Counted from the first letter of the stretch, positions 25,223 through 37,469 are shown. The stretch: DNA of 64,000 nt from Octopus sinensis (GCF_006345805.1 NC_043007.1:51026001-51090000), one strand, 5' to 3'. Program-made: numbers and translations. Notes: generated by a model not told the origin, from the sequence alone.

Positions 25223-26290
25223 TCCCTCTGCCACTGAATTAGACACTTTCTCTCCCTCAAATAATTGCCATTCCTTTTCTCACTTCCAATAATTCTATAG
25301 CTATTATTCCTAAACTTCGACACCTACATATAAACTTAATAACAACTGACTACCCTTCAATTACTATCTATGTTACACCTCCCATTCATTTCCCAACTCT
25401 CCACCTCTACTACCACCTCCCTTAATACCCTCATTATTAACCCCCACCCTCTTCCTGAACTAGCTCTCTTATTTCCTCTCACAATTCTCTGTCTTAACAC
25501 TCCCCATAACTCCACTGACCCTACTACTTCAGCCCTGTAATACGGCTGGCTTTCAACATTTAATCATTCCATCTTTGAGAGAAGGTCAAGCAGTTTTCCC
25601 CTTCCTTGTGCCTATAGCGAAAGAGGTAGTGTGGTGGACGAGATACAACGGACTAAAAAGAAGATACTTTCCACTTCGGTCAAGCCCTCCCAGTATTTTT
25701 GTTGAAAGGTGGGTGGATGTGGCGAGGATAACCCATGTGAATTAGCCTACTTAGAGCATGCGCCTGTAGGCCGAAGGGAATGAATAGGAGTAGCGGCGCC
25801 TGCCTGGGGTGCCTGCCTAGGGTGTCTTCCTGGGAGGCCTGCCCAGGATACTCTTATCAATATGGATGACCAAGATATGTGAGGTTCTTTCGTTGCCCCC
25901 AGGGTATCTCCCTCACCTTTTTTGGAGTTTCATTCTTTAAATTTTATTGCTACTATTGTTTTTTATTGTTTGCACGTGTGTTTGGTGTAGACCCACCTTC
26001 CATTGTTTTTGTGTCCACCTTTTTATTTTGTATTCGGCTTCGTTCGATTAACAATGGAGGGATTATTATTATTATTATTATTACTCTTTTACTCTTTTAC
26101 TTGTTTCAGTCATTTGACTGCGGCCATGCTGGAGCACCGCCTTTAGTCGAGCAAATCGACCCCGGGACTTATTCTTTGTAAGCCCAGTACTTATTCTATC
26201 GGTCTCTTTTGCCGAACCGCTATGTGACGGGGACGTAAACACACCAGCATCGGTTGTCAAGCAATGCTAGGGGGACAAACACACACACAT

Positions 26291-26360
<70 letters not shown>

Positions 26361-27457
26361 ACTGTATTCTTTCAGTTTCCGTCTACCAAATCCCTCTGCC
26401 ACTGAATTAGACACTTTCTCTCCCTCAAATAATTGCCATTCCTTTTCTCACTTCCAATAATTCTATAGCTATTATTCCTAAACTTCGACACCTACATATA
26501 AACTTAATAACAACTGACTACCCTCAATTACTATCTATGTTACACCTCCCATTCATTTCCCAACTCTCCACCTCTACTACCACCTCCCTTAATACCCTCA
26601 TTATTAACCCCCACCCTCTTCCTGAACTAGCTCTCTTATTTCCTCTCACAATTCTCTGTCTTAACACTCCCCATAACTCCACTGACCCTACTACTTCAGC
26701 CCTGTAATACGGCTGGCTTTCAACATTTAATCATTCCATCTTTGAGAGAAGGTCAAGCAGTTTTCCCCTTCCTTGTGCCTATAGCGAAAGAGGTAGTGTG
26801 GTGGACGAGATACAACGGACTAAAAAGAAGATACTTTCCACTTCGGTCAAGCCCTCCCAGTATTTGTGTTGAAAGGTGGGTGGATGTGGCGAGGATAACC
26901 CATGTGAATTAGGCCTACTTAGAGCATGCGCCTGTAGGCCGAAGGGAATGAATAGGAGTAGCGGCGCCTGCCTGGGGTGCCTGCCTAGGGTGTCTTCCTG
27001 GGAGGCCTGCCCAGGATACTCTTATCAATATGGATGACCAAGATATGTGAGGTTCTTTCGTTGCCCCCAGGGTATCTCCCTCACCTTTTTTGGAGTTTCA
27101 TTCTTTAAATTTTATTGCTACTATTGTTTTTTATTGTTTGCACGTGTGTTTGGTGTAGACCCACCTTCCATTGTTTTTGTGTCACCTTTTTATTTTGTAT
27201 TCGGCTTCGTTCGATTAACAATGGAGGGATTATTATTATTATTATTATTACTCTTTTACTCTTTTACTTGTTTCAGTCATTTGACTGCGGCCATGCTGGA
27301 GCACCGCCTTTAGTCGAGCAAATCGACCCCGGGACTTATTCTTTGTAAGCCCAGTACTTATTCTATCGGTCTCTTTTGCCGAACCGCTATGTGACGGGGA
27401 CGTAAACACACCAGCATCGGTTGTCAAGCAATGCTAGGGGGACAAACACACACACAT

Positions 27458-27460
<3 letters not shown>
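25190..27460. repeat. Near-perfect tandem duplication, period ~1168 bp
   Basis: 25190-26280 matches 26358-27447. I found only about 4 differences (three 1-nt indels, one substitution). Confidence 0.95.
25560..26060 (+). mobile_element. Tx1/L1-like LINE 3' end (ORF2 C-terminus plus 3' UTR), duplicated at ~26728-27228
   Basis: IIPSLREGQAVF..VPIAKEVVWWTR...FVERWVDVARITHVN*, homologous to EGEVCFFCTVAVKEYVWKTR at ~7545. Confidence 0.65.
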
Positions 27461-27496
<36 letters not shown>

Positions 27497-27661
27497 CGAC
27501 GGGCTTCTTTCAGTTTCCGTCTATCAAATCCACTCACAAGGCATTGGTCGGCCCGGGGCTATAGCAGAAGACACTTGCCCAAGATGCCACGCAGTGGGAC
27601 TGAACCCGGAACCATGTGGTTGGTTAGCAAGCTACTTACCACACAGCCACTCCTGCGCCTA

Positions 27662-27662
<1 letters not shown>
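27250..27662 (-). mobile_element. SINE family A, young full-length copy
   Basis: tRNA-like head (A box tggctgtgtgg, B box ggttcagtcc), CORE-like cttgggcaagtg, internal (TA)n(TG)n at 27446-27496 and a ~190-bp tail ending aagagtaaaagag. (AAT)n on both sides. Confidence 0.9.
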
Positions 27663-27734
<72 letters not shown>

Positions 27735-27761
27735 GTTATCATCATTATTATTATTATTATT

Positions 27762-27985
27762 AAGGTGGCCAGCTGGCAAAATCGTTAGCGCACCGGACGA
27801 AATGGTTAGCGGTATTTGACCCGTTGCTACATTCTGAGTTAAAATTCCGCCGAGATCGACTTTGCCTTTCATCCTTTCGCAGTCGATAAAATAAGTACTA
27901 GTTGAACACTGGCGGCGTTATAACTGATTTATCTCCTCCCACAAAACTGCCGCCCTTGTGACAAAATTTGAAACTATTATTATTA
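27762..27985 (+). mobile_element. SINE family B (tRNA-like head)
   Basis: agctggcaaaatcgttagc...ctgagttaaaattccgccgagatcgactttgcctttcatcc. Partial copies at ~16450, ~24600-24700 and 31325-31445. Confidence 0.7.
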
Positions 27986-28084
27986 GTGTTTTTGTCGCCA
28001 TAGCTGGAGGTGTGCTTTTGGAACGCTGTAAGTTTGACTAATTCACTTGTTTAAAATGTTCTATACTTTATTTTGTTGTTTAAA

Positions 28085-30830
28085 TCGTTTTGCAAGCCAG
28101 CTTTCCTTCGGAGGGGTGGGGGATGACGTTTGTTAACCAAAGCCCCATTCTGGGGATGATACAAGCCTTTCTGTTTTCAAATTCCTTCGAAAATTTGCTT
28201 CGAAGAAAGAAAACATTGAAGATGGCGACGAAAAACGGAAGTGAGGAAGAAAGGTGGTACGGCAATTTACACGAGGACGTACTCGTCCTCCCCACTCTGA
28301 TTGGCAGTGGACAGCAGGAAGAAGAAGAAGAAGAAGAAGAAGAAGAAGAAGAAGAAGAAGAAGAAGAAGAAGAAGAAGAAGAAGAAGAAGAAGAAGAAGA
28401 AGAAGAAGAAGAAGAGCAGAAAGAAGACGAGGGGAAGGAAGGAGTAAAGTCTTCTTCACTACATAGAAATTGTACTAGAACGAAGAACAACATTGAAAGC
28501 AACTGCTGCTACGAAGAGACTAGCAAAAATGGAGTTAGCATCGGGAAAGAGACATTTGCAAATATCACGACAGCTAAGGAATCGGTTAACATCTCAGTGG
28601 AGAACAAAATAGAAAAAACTAAATAAGACAGCAAAATATATGAAAATGAATGGAAGGAGGGCAGAATTGACGCCTACAAGCGTCATGCTTGAAACAACAG
28701 TCAGACGTGCGTGAATACAAAGACACGAATGCCAGAGCATTTAGAGCAAGTCCCAGACCTGATTCCCCTTTCGAATGGAGTAGAACTAAGGGTGAACCGA
28801 ACGTGGAGGGCAGAAGGCCGAGATGCCACGATTGTGGTTCATCGGGCCACTTACGGTTTTTCTGGCCACAGAACCAGAACAGAAGGGTAGAAAGAAATGT
28901 CCAAACGAAAGTACCACAAGCCATGTGTCGACATAAAAAACAACAGCAACAACAGAAAGACAGGGTCATAGAAACAGAAATTGAACCCAAGGAGAAAAAA
29001 TAGGCAGGTGGAAGTGAGAGTAGCACCACCGTGGCGGAAGCTACAGCAGCAGGAGCAACAATAACAACTATAACAGAACCAGAACAAACAATACCAGAAG
29101 AAAACATACAAAACACGGACTCCTCCATAGGTCCAAGTGATAATGCGGGGGAAGCCCAAAAGGCAAAAAAAAAAACAAGAAAGAGACACAAAAAATGGGA
29201 GAAATCCAAAAAATGACAAACACAGACACACTGATGACAACACCGACACTACAAGCGCCACAATCACCAACACCCATAACAGAATCAAAAACACAACAAA
29301 CTTTAAAAAGAAAAATGTCACTACAACAACCATCCGTGCAGCAGCGGAATTTCGTGCTAGTGAGGAGAGCTAGTGAGGAAAGCTGATGGCTCTCATAGCA
29401 CAAAACAAGAATATTGAAACAGAAGGGGTGACTTGCAGCCCCAACACTCTTAGAGTACCAGAGAACCTAATGTTGCGAATGACATTAGATTTACACGAGC
29501 ATTAAGCTACCTGTATTACATCGGATCTCTCAGTGTAACAGCCAGCAGATGGCTTTTAAGGGGGTTTCCAAAAGGAACCCAACAAAACAGACAGGATGGG
29601 AGGACCACACGACCACAAACAGAACCAGGAGGGTAAGTGACACTCCCCTTTTCCTTTGATTACTTCCTGGCCAACACGGCGGTTCTTAAAGTAGGTCGTG
29701 TAAATGTACGTGGCCTGGGGTCGTCATGGAAACCTCAGATGGCTAAGTCTGGATGTAATAGTCATCAGTGAGACCAGGATTGGGTCCCATTTGCGATGAC
29801 TTTGAGATTTTCGCATCTCTTACTCGACTAGGAATGAGGGGTGGTGACAGTGTTTAGAAAAGGCCTGGATCTCGAGATACGGTTGGTCTTCCTGGAGTCG
29901 GAAGGTAAGTCAGTGGTCCTGGACGTGAACGATAACGAAGTCAGTGCTTTTAAACTGGTCGCAATATACGCACCGACTGGAGAGGGGAAGCTGGAGGACT
30001 TTCTAGGGACGTCTCGCTCTTTAGTGTTAGTGGGCGATTGGAACGCCATTTTGGATGCACGTTTGTAGTGGGTGGAGCTAGAGGATAGGAAACTGGGGTG
30101 CGCAAGCCTCGCAAACCTGCTCCGTCGTTTCCAGTTGGCGGACAGGTTTCGACTGGATTTCCCAAATACTCCAGTGTGGATATGGGCAAACAGTGTCGGG
30201 TCTTCCAGATCTTACATTGATAGGGTATTTTGTAGGCCAGCATATAGGAATAGCATAGGATGTCCACAATTTAAATTCGTCATCTACACAGATCAAAAAT
30301 TTGTGATCTGTACGGTTGACCTAGATAAGCTTCACAGACTGGGTCCCGGATACTGGAAGCTGAATACGTCATTTCCGGCGCTTCAAGCTTTCAGAGACCG
30401 GCTTAGTAAGTTAGACCATCGAAAGTTGACGGGTGCAGACGTCAACAACCGATGGTGGCGGGGGTGCTAAAATGGGTGATTAGAGTAGAAGCTATAGAAT
30501 TTAGCAGATGACAAGCGATAAAGAAGACAAGAGTAGAGGCGCGCGGTAGACCGGAGGCGGAAGATGAACTTCACTTCCTACCTTGATGGCATGCCGCGGC
30601 TTTCGGCCAGAGACGTGGAGTTCTGCGAAATGCCGATAACAGCTGAGGACATACGTGACGCGTTGGCTAGCTGCACGAAGGAGATTGGATGGTCTGCCCT
30701 TCGAGTTTTATATACATATACCAGACTTGTTTGGTGAGCAACTGGCAGCTGAATGGGAGAATACACGGATCTGTGAGCCGAAGTGTGGTGACGCTGCTGA
30801 GAAATCCAACCAAGGAAATAAACTAGTAAA
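28085..30830 (+). mobile_element. Tx1/L1-like LINE 5' half: ORF1 (zinc knuckle), APE endonuclease and start of RT, decayed
   Basis: RCHDCGSSGH knuckle; NVRGL; AIYAP; LVGDWNAILD; SYIDRVF; GPGYWKLN; LDGLPFEFY. Confidence 0.85.
28318..28415 (+). repeat. (GAA)n tract, in frame in LINE ORF1 (poly-Glu)
   Basis: About 32 perfect units within ORF 28090-28626. Confidence 0.95.
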
Positions 30831-30864
30831 ACGGTAGAATTCGATGAATAACACCTGCGACGTT

Positions 30865-31264
30865 CGGTGCTACTTTGGTATGCGAAATGTGATCCACAAG
30901 AGTCAAATTCTACTTTAGTTCGCGATTTACATGTTTCATTTATTTATTGTGGTTTAAATAAAACATTCTCACATTTTCATACATTTATTTAAAAAAAATT
31001 AAATGAAGCAGATTTGAAACAAGTTTACTAATTTTATGGGCGAATCGAACGAACATCAGCTAGAAATGTAAAAAGTAGAGAATTGAAATTTTTATACGTT
31101 TTATACATTTATTATCGAAAAGAAATTAAAACGAAGCAAATTTGAAATAAGTTTACTAATTTTATCTTGTTAAGTATAACTTTTCTTGTAGATCACAATA
31201 TAAAGTGTAGATCGCATATCAAAGCGTTGCTTGACACATAGATGGCATACCAAAGTAGCATCCG
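30865..31264. mobile_element. MITE-like element truncating the Tx1 LINE
   Basis: About 19-bp inverted repeats cggtgctactttggtatgc / gcataccaaagtagcatccg, plus an internal ~55-bp direct repeat. TSD unclear. Confidence 0.5.
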
Positions 31265-31991
31265 ATGATCTCTCTCCCTAAAAAGCATTAGAAATAACGG
31301 CTTCATTTTTTTTACCACAGGACTAGCAGTTTTTGAGGGGAAGGGGAAGTCGTTGATGTCGACCCCAGTACTTGACTGGTATTCATTTTATCGACACCGA
31401 AAGAATGAAAGGCAACGTCGAATTCGTCAGAATTGGAACTCATAAAAATGTAATAGAAGTAATATAAGAGCGGAAAGATATTATATGAGGAAGACAAGAA
31501 ATTTGAAGTGTCGTTTTGGAATCTACTTTCCTTCACTTTTTGGAATAAAAAATTCAATGGACAAGCAAATTAATACAAGAGATAAGCTCCCAGCCAGAAG
31601 TACAGTGACACAGTATCATCGGTAAAGCCTCCGTTTCTCTATGTACAAGTATTCTAATCAGATCTCTGGTTCGTTCCCTGGTCATAGTTTTCTTGAAGTG
31701 ACATGCACAGGCTTAGCCTGGACAGCAGTGTCACCAGCAATAGCTTTTCAAAGAAGAAGTCTGTAGATGCCATAGACAGTGTTCCTAATCTTCTCTTTCT
31801 GACAAATTTATTAAAATATTTTGGGGGAATATTCACAAATACGCGACATTAAGTTAGAAATATCTACAAGTATGATTCTTCTGGCTGTTGCTTCATTTTC
31901 TACATCTAAAATTCTCACCTTAAAAATAAATTGCTCAGAGAGACATATGTGTGTGCTCCCTCTGTCTGTAAGTCTGTCTCTCTTTCTTCTT

Positions 31992-32038
<47 letters not shown>

Positions 32039-32046
32039 CATGCATA

Positions 32047-32789
32047 CGAGGTGATATCAAAATGTTCCCGGACTAATTGTGTAGCGCGCCATCAAATGAA
32101 AACACACGGTTACGTGCCGAGTGACATCGCTGTGTTAACTTCAAAAGTTGTGAAATTTGTGTTTTTGTGATCATATGCATGCTGTAGTCTGTGATTTTGT
32201 CTGCAACAGGAACAAAATGCCAACGTGAGATTTTGCGTTAAACTTGGGAAGTCTGCTACAGAAACATTGAGCATGTTTCGGTAAGCTTACGGTGATGAGA
32301 TAACGGGTCGTACACAATGTACGGTGCTTCAAAAGCGGAAAACGATGAGCGATCTGGAAGACCTGCAACGAGCTCCACCCGCAGAAATGTGATACTGTGC
32401 ATCGACGTCAATCTACTTCGACATTTTGAAGCCTTTGAGGGAGGACATTCGACGAAAGCGACTTGATATGTGGAGCGCGAAGAACTGTGTTCTTCAGGAC
32501 GACAATGCACCCTGTAACCTTTTCACTCGTGAGTTTCATCCCCAAGATGAAAATGTAGCTCAAAGGTCACCGTTTTAACACCGTTGTTGAGAGCCAGAGC
32601 GAATCACAGAAGGACCTCGAGTCGCTTACAGAAAACGACTTCCAGGCCGGATTCCAAAAGTGGCAGGAATGCTGGGACCGGTGTAATGCTGCGCAAGATG
32701 ACTTCAAAGGAGATGCTGTTAAAACTTAGGTAAAAGACCTTTTTTTTTATTAATCGTAGCTAGTCTGGGATCCTTTTGATACCATCTTG
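32047..32789 (+). mobile_element. Internally deleted mariner element
   Basis: TIRs cgaggtgatatcaaaatgttcccggacta / tagtctgggatccttttgataccatcttg with TA TSDs. RFCVKLGKSATET, QDDNAP, LKGHRF and FQKWQECWDRC motifs. Confidence 0.85.
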
Positions 32790-33883
32790 TATTCACACAC
32801 ACTCACACATACACACATACGCGCGCGCGCACGTATATTATATGTCAGGTGAGTATGTATGTTCTATATCTGTGATCATAATACCTCACATGTCTTGTAG
32901 AGTGGAATATGTGTATACGCGTGATAAGCAGGATTACGATCTTAATCCTAATGGTTTCATACAGTCAGCTTCGTCTGGTCGACTGTACTCATCATAACCA
33001 GTACAGTCTGCCGAGAAAAAGCTGTCTGCACGAAACATTTCGATTTGCCGTTTCTAATGCTAGTTACCCCTACACACACACATACACACACACGTACGTC
33101 TATTTTATATATAGTGAAGTAATCGAAAGTTTTAATGTCTGAAATATATCATGTTAGATTAAGTCGCAAAATGGTGACAGGATTTCTAAGAATTATGCGA
33201 GACACATTTTCGAGACTAAATGTTTGAAAAGGTGTTGACGTTTCCAAGTGTGTAAAACCATATTTTGCGTGCAGTTCTCAATCTTGAGAATGAAATTGTT
33301 AGGGAGTGCAATTCTTAGATCAGTGTCCTGTCAGCAAAGTATATGATTGAAGGAATGTAAGAAATAGTAGCAATGTGCTTGATTGGAAGTTAAAGCAAAG
33401 TGTGAAAGTAATTAACAACAACAGTTCGTCAGAGTTAATAATTTGGTTTCGGTAGATTGTTTGATAGTAGCATTAGTAAAAGTAGTATGATAAATCATCT
33501 TGGATATTGAAGATATCTTTAAGAAGGAATTACTCAATAGCGGGAGATAATCCATGTTCTTCAAGAAAAGTGCGTGTGCATACAAGCAAACACACGCACA
33601 CACAGAACATGTTTTGACTTTTTCATTCAAACTCATTATTTTACTCTCTTTCTTTTTCTTTCCCCATCTATCCTATCTGTGGAAAAGCGTAGGAACGAAC
33701 CGTTAAATACTTCTTCCATTTTTCGTGAGCGTTAAACTAACACACTCCGTTTGTTGTTGTATATATATATATATATTCTTGTATGTATGTATGTATGTAT
33801 GTATGTATGTATGTATGTATGTATGTATGTATGTATGTATGTATGCATGCATGCATGCACACACACACACACACACACACATA

Positions 33884-34095
33884 CGAGGGGTGCTGAAAAG
33901 TTCCCGGCCTTTGGTAAAAGAAAATACAAAGGATCAGTTAATTATGATTTTATTCAACATATTCCCCTCTCAGATTTACACACTTATTGCAGCAGTCCCA
34001 GATTTTCTAAGCCTATAAAAGAACTGAGAAGTTTGGGCCTCCAACTAGACCTTTCGCGAAACCCTTAATGCCAATGACTTTTCAGTACACCTTCG
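33884..34095. mobile_element. mariner-type MITE
   Basis: TIRs cgaggggtgctgaaaagt / acttttcagtacaccttcg with TA TSDs. Confidence 0.8.
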
Positions 34096-34101
34096 TACAT
34101 A

Positions 34102-34981
34102 TAGGGTATCCGGTCTAAATTTTATAGTTTGCATTAAAGGAACGGAAAACACAATAACTCATTCAAAAATAAAAGAATTTTAGAAACTAAAAAAATGTCA
34201 ACAAGATAATGGCTGAGAGAGAAGTAACTGCTCTAAGCTTCCATCACGACCTCAGGATGGCTCCGGAACTTGGCACATGCGTTCCTCCTTGTTTCCCTGG
34301 AAGATATTTGAACATCACCTTAACTTTGGCTATCAGCTCGGCTTTGGTATTGCAGGCAGAGCGGTTGGGATTTTTCTGAATTGTGTCTCACACATAGTAA
34401 TCCATAGAATAACAATTGCAGGTGTTAGAAAACCAGACACTGGGGCTGAAGAGATCGTAGAAATTCTCTAACTTATTCTCACTCTTTTCGGAGGTATGAC
34501 AAGGAACTGAATCCTGCATCCACACATAGGGCCTTACAATGGCAACCTTCGCCAGTCAGAGTTAGACCACAGTCCCCAGCAGCTTCACATAACCGTGCGA
34601 ATTGAGCCTAAGAGAATGTACTTCGGCGCCTACCTTGTCAGAACGCCTACCTTGCCCTGCCCCTTCCTGTTGGCCACAGCTTCGTAGTTTCCGTTGCAGC
34701 TGCCCATGCCACGTCTTAGAGCCTTTATATTATTCACAGAACGTTGAGCAGCAGTCATGATCTCGGTATTTTGATACCGGGAGCGAATCATCATAATACA
34801 ACTAACTGTTTTCTAATATTCAAAATGGCTTCTAGTCTTCCATATCAGCTAACTTTTAGTCAACTACAACTTCCATATTTATGCTTTCCAACACCGTTGA
34901 CTGTTCACCAATGCATCAAGCTGTTCCTGAAAATAAAGACAAAAGACAAAAAAAATCGTCAAATTTATCCCGAACACCCTG
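34102..34981 (-). mobile_element. Internally deleted maT/DD37D-type element
   Basis: TIRs tagggtatccgg / ccgaacaccctg with TA flanks. RPYVWMQDSVPCHTS...W...MDYYV. Confidence 0.8.
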
Positions 34982-35098
34982 TATGTATGTATGTATGTAT
35001 GTTCGTAAGTGTGTGTGGGTGTGTGGGTGTGTTTGTGTATGCACGCACGTGTGTATGTGCATATATATATATATAGATAGATAGATATATATGTACAT

Positions 35099-35159
<61 letters not shown>

Positions 35160-36715
35160 TTACTTATAACCTTCTGTATCGGACTGGCAAAGTAAAAGTG
35201 TTGGTCGTGATTTCTTTCCAAACGTTTTTTACCAAGTGAAATTGTTGTTCTTTGTAAAGCTATATCAGATTTCTTGAAGCGTGATTTTCTGACGACAGAC
35301 CGTCCTGTACAGATGACCAAGTCTATTTTAATCTGGAAATTGTGGTGCTATGTAAGAATCTAATGATTGAGATGTGTCACCGTCGGAGAAAACTTTCCTT
35401 GTTCACGGTTTCAAGGAGCAGGATCTAACTTGGGTTATTTGTAACTTTCTCCCTAGTTATTTCTCTTCTATTATTATCGTTATTATTATTTTTATCATTA
35501 TTATTATCGTTTTTTTTTTATTTATTTCAGCTAAAGTATCAATGAATTAGGTCAAGATCTCTGCTTTAAGTTACAACAGAAAAGAGGCATTAGCTCTGAT
35601 ATAAGTGTTTCGTGGCGAGCGCCATGCTCTAGAGGTGGACCACCAGATGAAGTGAGATCGTATTTCAGTTTCCTTTCGTATTTTCAGCTATTTGTCCATC
35701 ACGCACACCATCGAGAAATGAATAAACATCACACAATCTCCTTAAAGCCGAGACCATGTACAGACAATGGTGAAAATCAATCACATTGAAATCGACCTCC
35801 GCCATAATTTCAAGGTTCCAGAGCAATTGCAATCGTAACTCGGTTTTTTCATACCGGATTGGAGTTATTTCCCTTAGCTCCTGCCCCAGGATGAAGTAAA
35901 AACCATCACATGTTACTATTCTCTCCTTCCCCTTTCACCACCATTCCCCACCACCTTTGAAAAGTTTCAGATTTCAGTCTTTTGCAAGAAGCAATTATAT
36001 TAATGTCATTGACGATGATGGCCGGCCGCCGACCCAGCGCCCGGGTAAATATCTCGAACGTGATAATAGCTGTAAACATGTTCTGAATCTCTGGCTGGTT
36101 GTTCTGTGTGTGTGTTTGTGTTTGTGTGTGTGCGTGTGAGCGACAGAAAGAAAGAGTGAAAGAATATATTCTATGAATGGGATCAGTATCAAATTAAATA
36201 ACAAACTTAATAACTCGGCTGAGCTTTTGCTCATATATTTATTGTATCAGACATTGAAACACAACGACTTATATAGCTTTTAACCTGACAGCAAACAGGT
36301 TCGAAACCTACAGAGCATCGCTTTTTTGTCAAGCTGTAAACCATCGAGGGGATCAGGGGAAAACAAATGAATAAATAAATTAGTAACTCTAGGATAAATA
36401 AATAATGTTAAGTTAGTGGGAATATTCTGGGAATACGAAATCTCAAATGTATTTGAGATTTCCAATCTGACAGTACACAGGTTCGAAAACCAATATCAAT
36501 TTTACTATCTCATCGAATAGTTGCTTGGGTTCAGTATTAGGAATAAAAAGCTTTCTTCAAAATTAATATGACACATGGACAATTCTTATGTAATTGTCAA
36601 GATCTGCGGTTCTAATCTCAACATAAATTGGTGATTTATCTTGGGATAAAACGTTAAAGCTTATATAGGCAAAACTGTAGTTAAAGATAAGATCAATCCC
36701 AGACATGCAAAACGA

Positions 36716-36967
36716 TACATTATTTACATTTGACGGATATTTGTCCTCATCTTGTTTGATGTTAACACAACGTTTCGGCTGATATACTCTTCAGCATTTT
36801 TCAGATATACTGGGGAAATTTCGAATCTGGGTTCTCATTTCTGAGGAATTGTCGATGTTATTATCATTATTATTATTATTATTAATAGTATTCAGGTCAC
36901 TGCCTGGAATTGAATTCGGAATCTCGGAGTTAGTAGCCCGCGCTCTTAACCACTACGCCACATGCCC
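36716..36967 (-). mobile_element. tRNA-headed, hammerhead-like repeat (family F3), inverted copy
   Basis: A box tggcgtagtggtt, B-box remnant, (AAT)n, then CUGAAAA..GCUG/CAGC-C-GAAACGUUG with a degenerate core. Confidence 0.8.
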
Positions 36968-36989
36968 GTAGGCAATTATGGAATGAATT

Positions 36990-37198
36990 TTAGAGTATAG
37001 CTAATCATGTATGGAAACCACCTCCCTCGATGGGATGAAGTTAAAATAACCGACAGAGAACACCAGTGAAAAACACGAAAACTAAAAGAAGTAGCACATA
37101 TGCTACAACATAATAACCTCCTAAACAGACCTAGTGCAGATATGAGTAGCATATGGGAACCGGTATTAAGGAAGGGTAGAAAAATATTAGATTTATAA
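36990..37198 (+). pseudogene. Penelope-like GIY-YIG endonuclease C-terminus
   Basis: IANHVW / WDEVKITDREHQ*KTRKLKEVAHML..NLLNRPS...IWEPVLR, with one frameshift and one stop. Ends at TAA 37196-37198. Confidence 0.75.
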
Positions 37199-37227
37199 GC
37201 CCTAAAATTCACTCCATAGCTACCCTC

Positions 37228-37469
37228 GAGCATATGGCGTATTGGTTAAGAGCGCGGGCTACTAACCCAAAGATTCCGAGTTCGATACCAGGCAGTGACC
37301 TGAATAATAATAATAATAATAATAACATCGAAAAATACCTTAGGAATGAGAACCCAAGTTCAAAAATTTCCCAGGACATCTGAAGAAGGCTGGAGCGTAT
37401 GTCAACCGAAACGTTGTGTTATCAACAAACAAGATGAGGACAAATATCCGTCAAATTGTAAATAATGTA
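37228..37469 (+). mobile_element. tRNA-headed, hammerhead-like repeat (family F3), direct copy ~30 nt after the GIY-YIG stop
   Basis: A box tggcgtattggtt, B box gagttcgatac, (AAT)n and a body containing the hammerhead-like motif. Confidence 0.8.
37375..37420 (+). ncRNA. Minimal type I hammerhead-like motif (F3)
   Basis: gacat-CUGAAGA-A-GGCUG-(10 nt)-CAACC-GAAA-C-GUU-gtgtt. The other copy has CAGCC, giving a consensus stem II GGCUG/CAGCC. Confidence 0.6.

Noticed and set aside
28090-28626. 178-aa acidic ORF as a host gene
   Set aside because: It is contiguous with a zinc knuckle and an APE endonuclease of a Tx1-like LINE. Much of its length comes from a GAA tract.
31600-31836. Relatively GC-rich stretch as an exon or RT fragment
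   Set aside because: No recognisable motif, stops in most frames and no convincing pair of splice sites.
37067-37069. In-frame TGA as selenocysteine in a Penelope endonuclease
   Set aside because: It sits at a position expected to be Trp (TGG to TGA), in a fragment that also has a frameshift. No SECIS was recognised.
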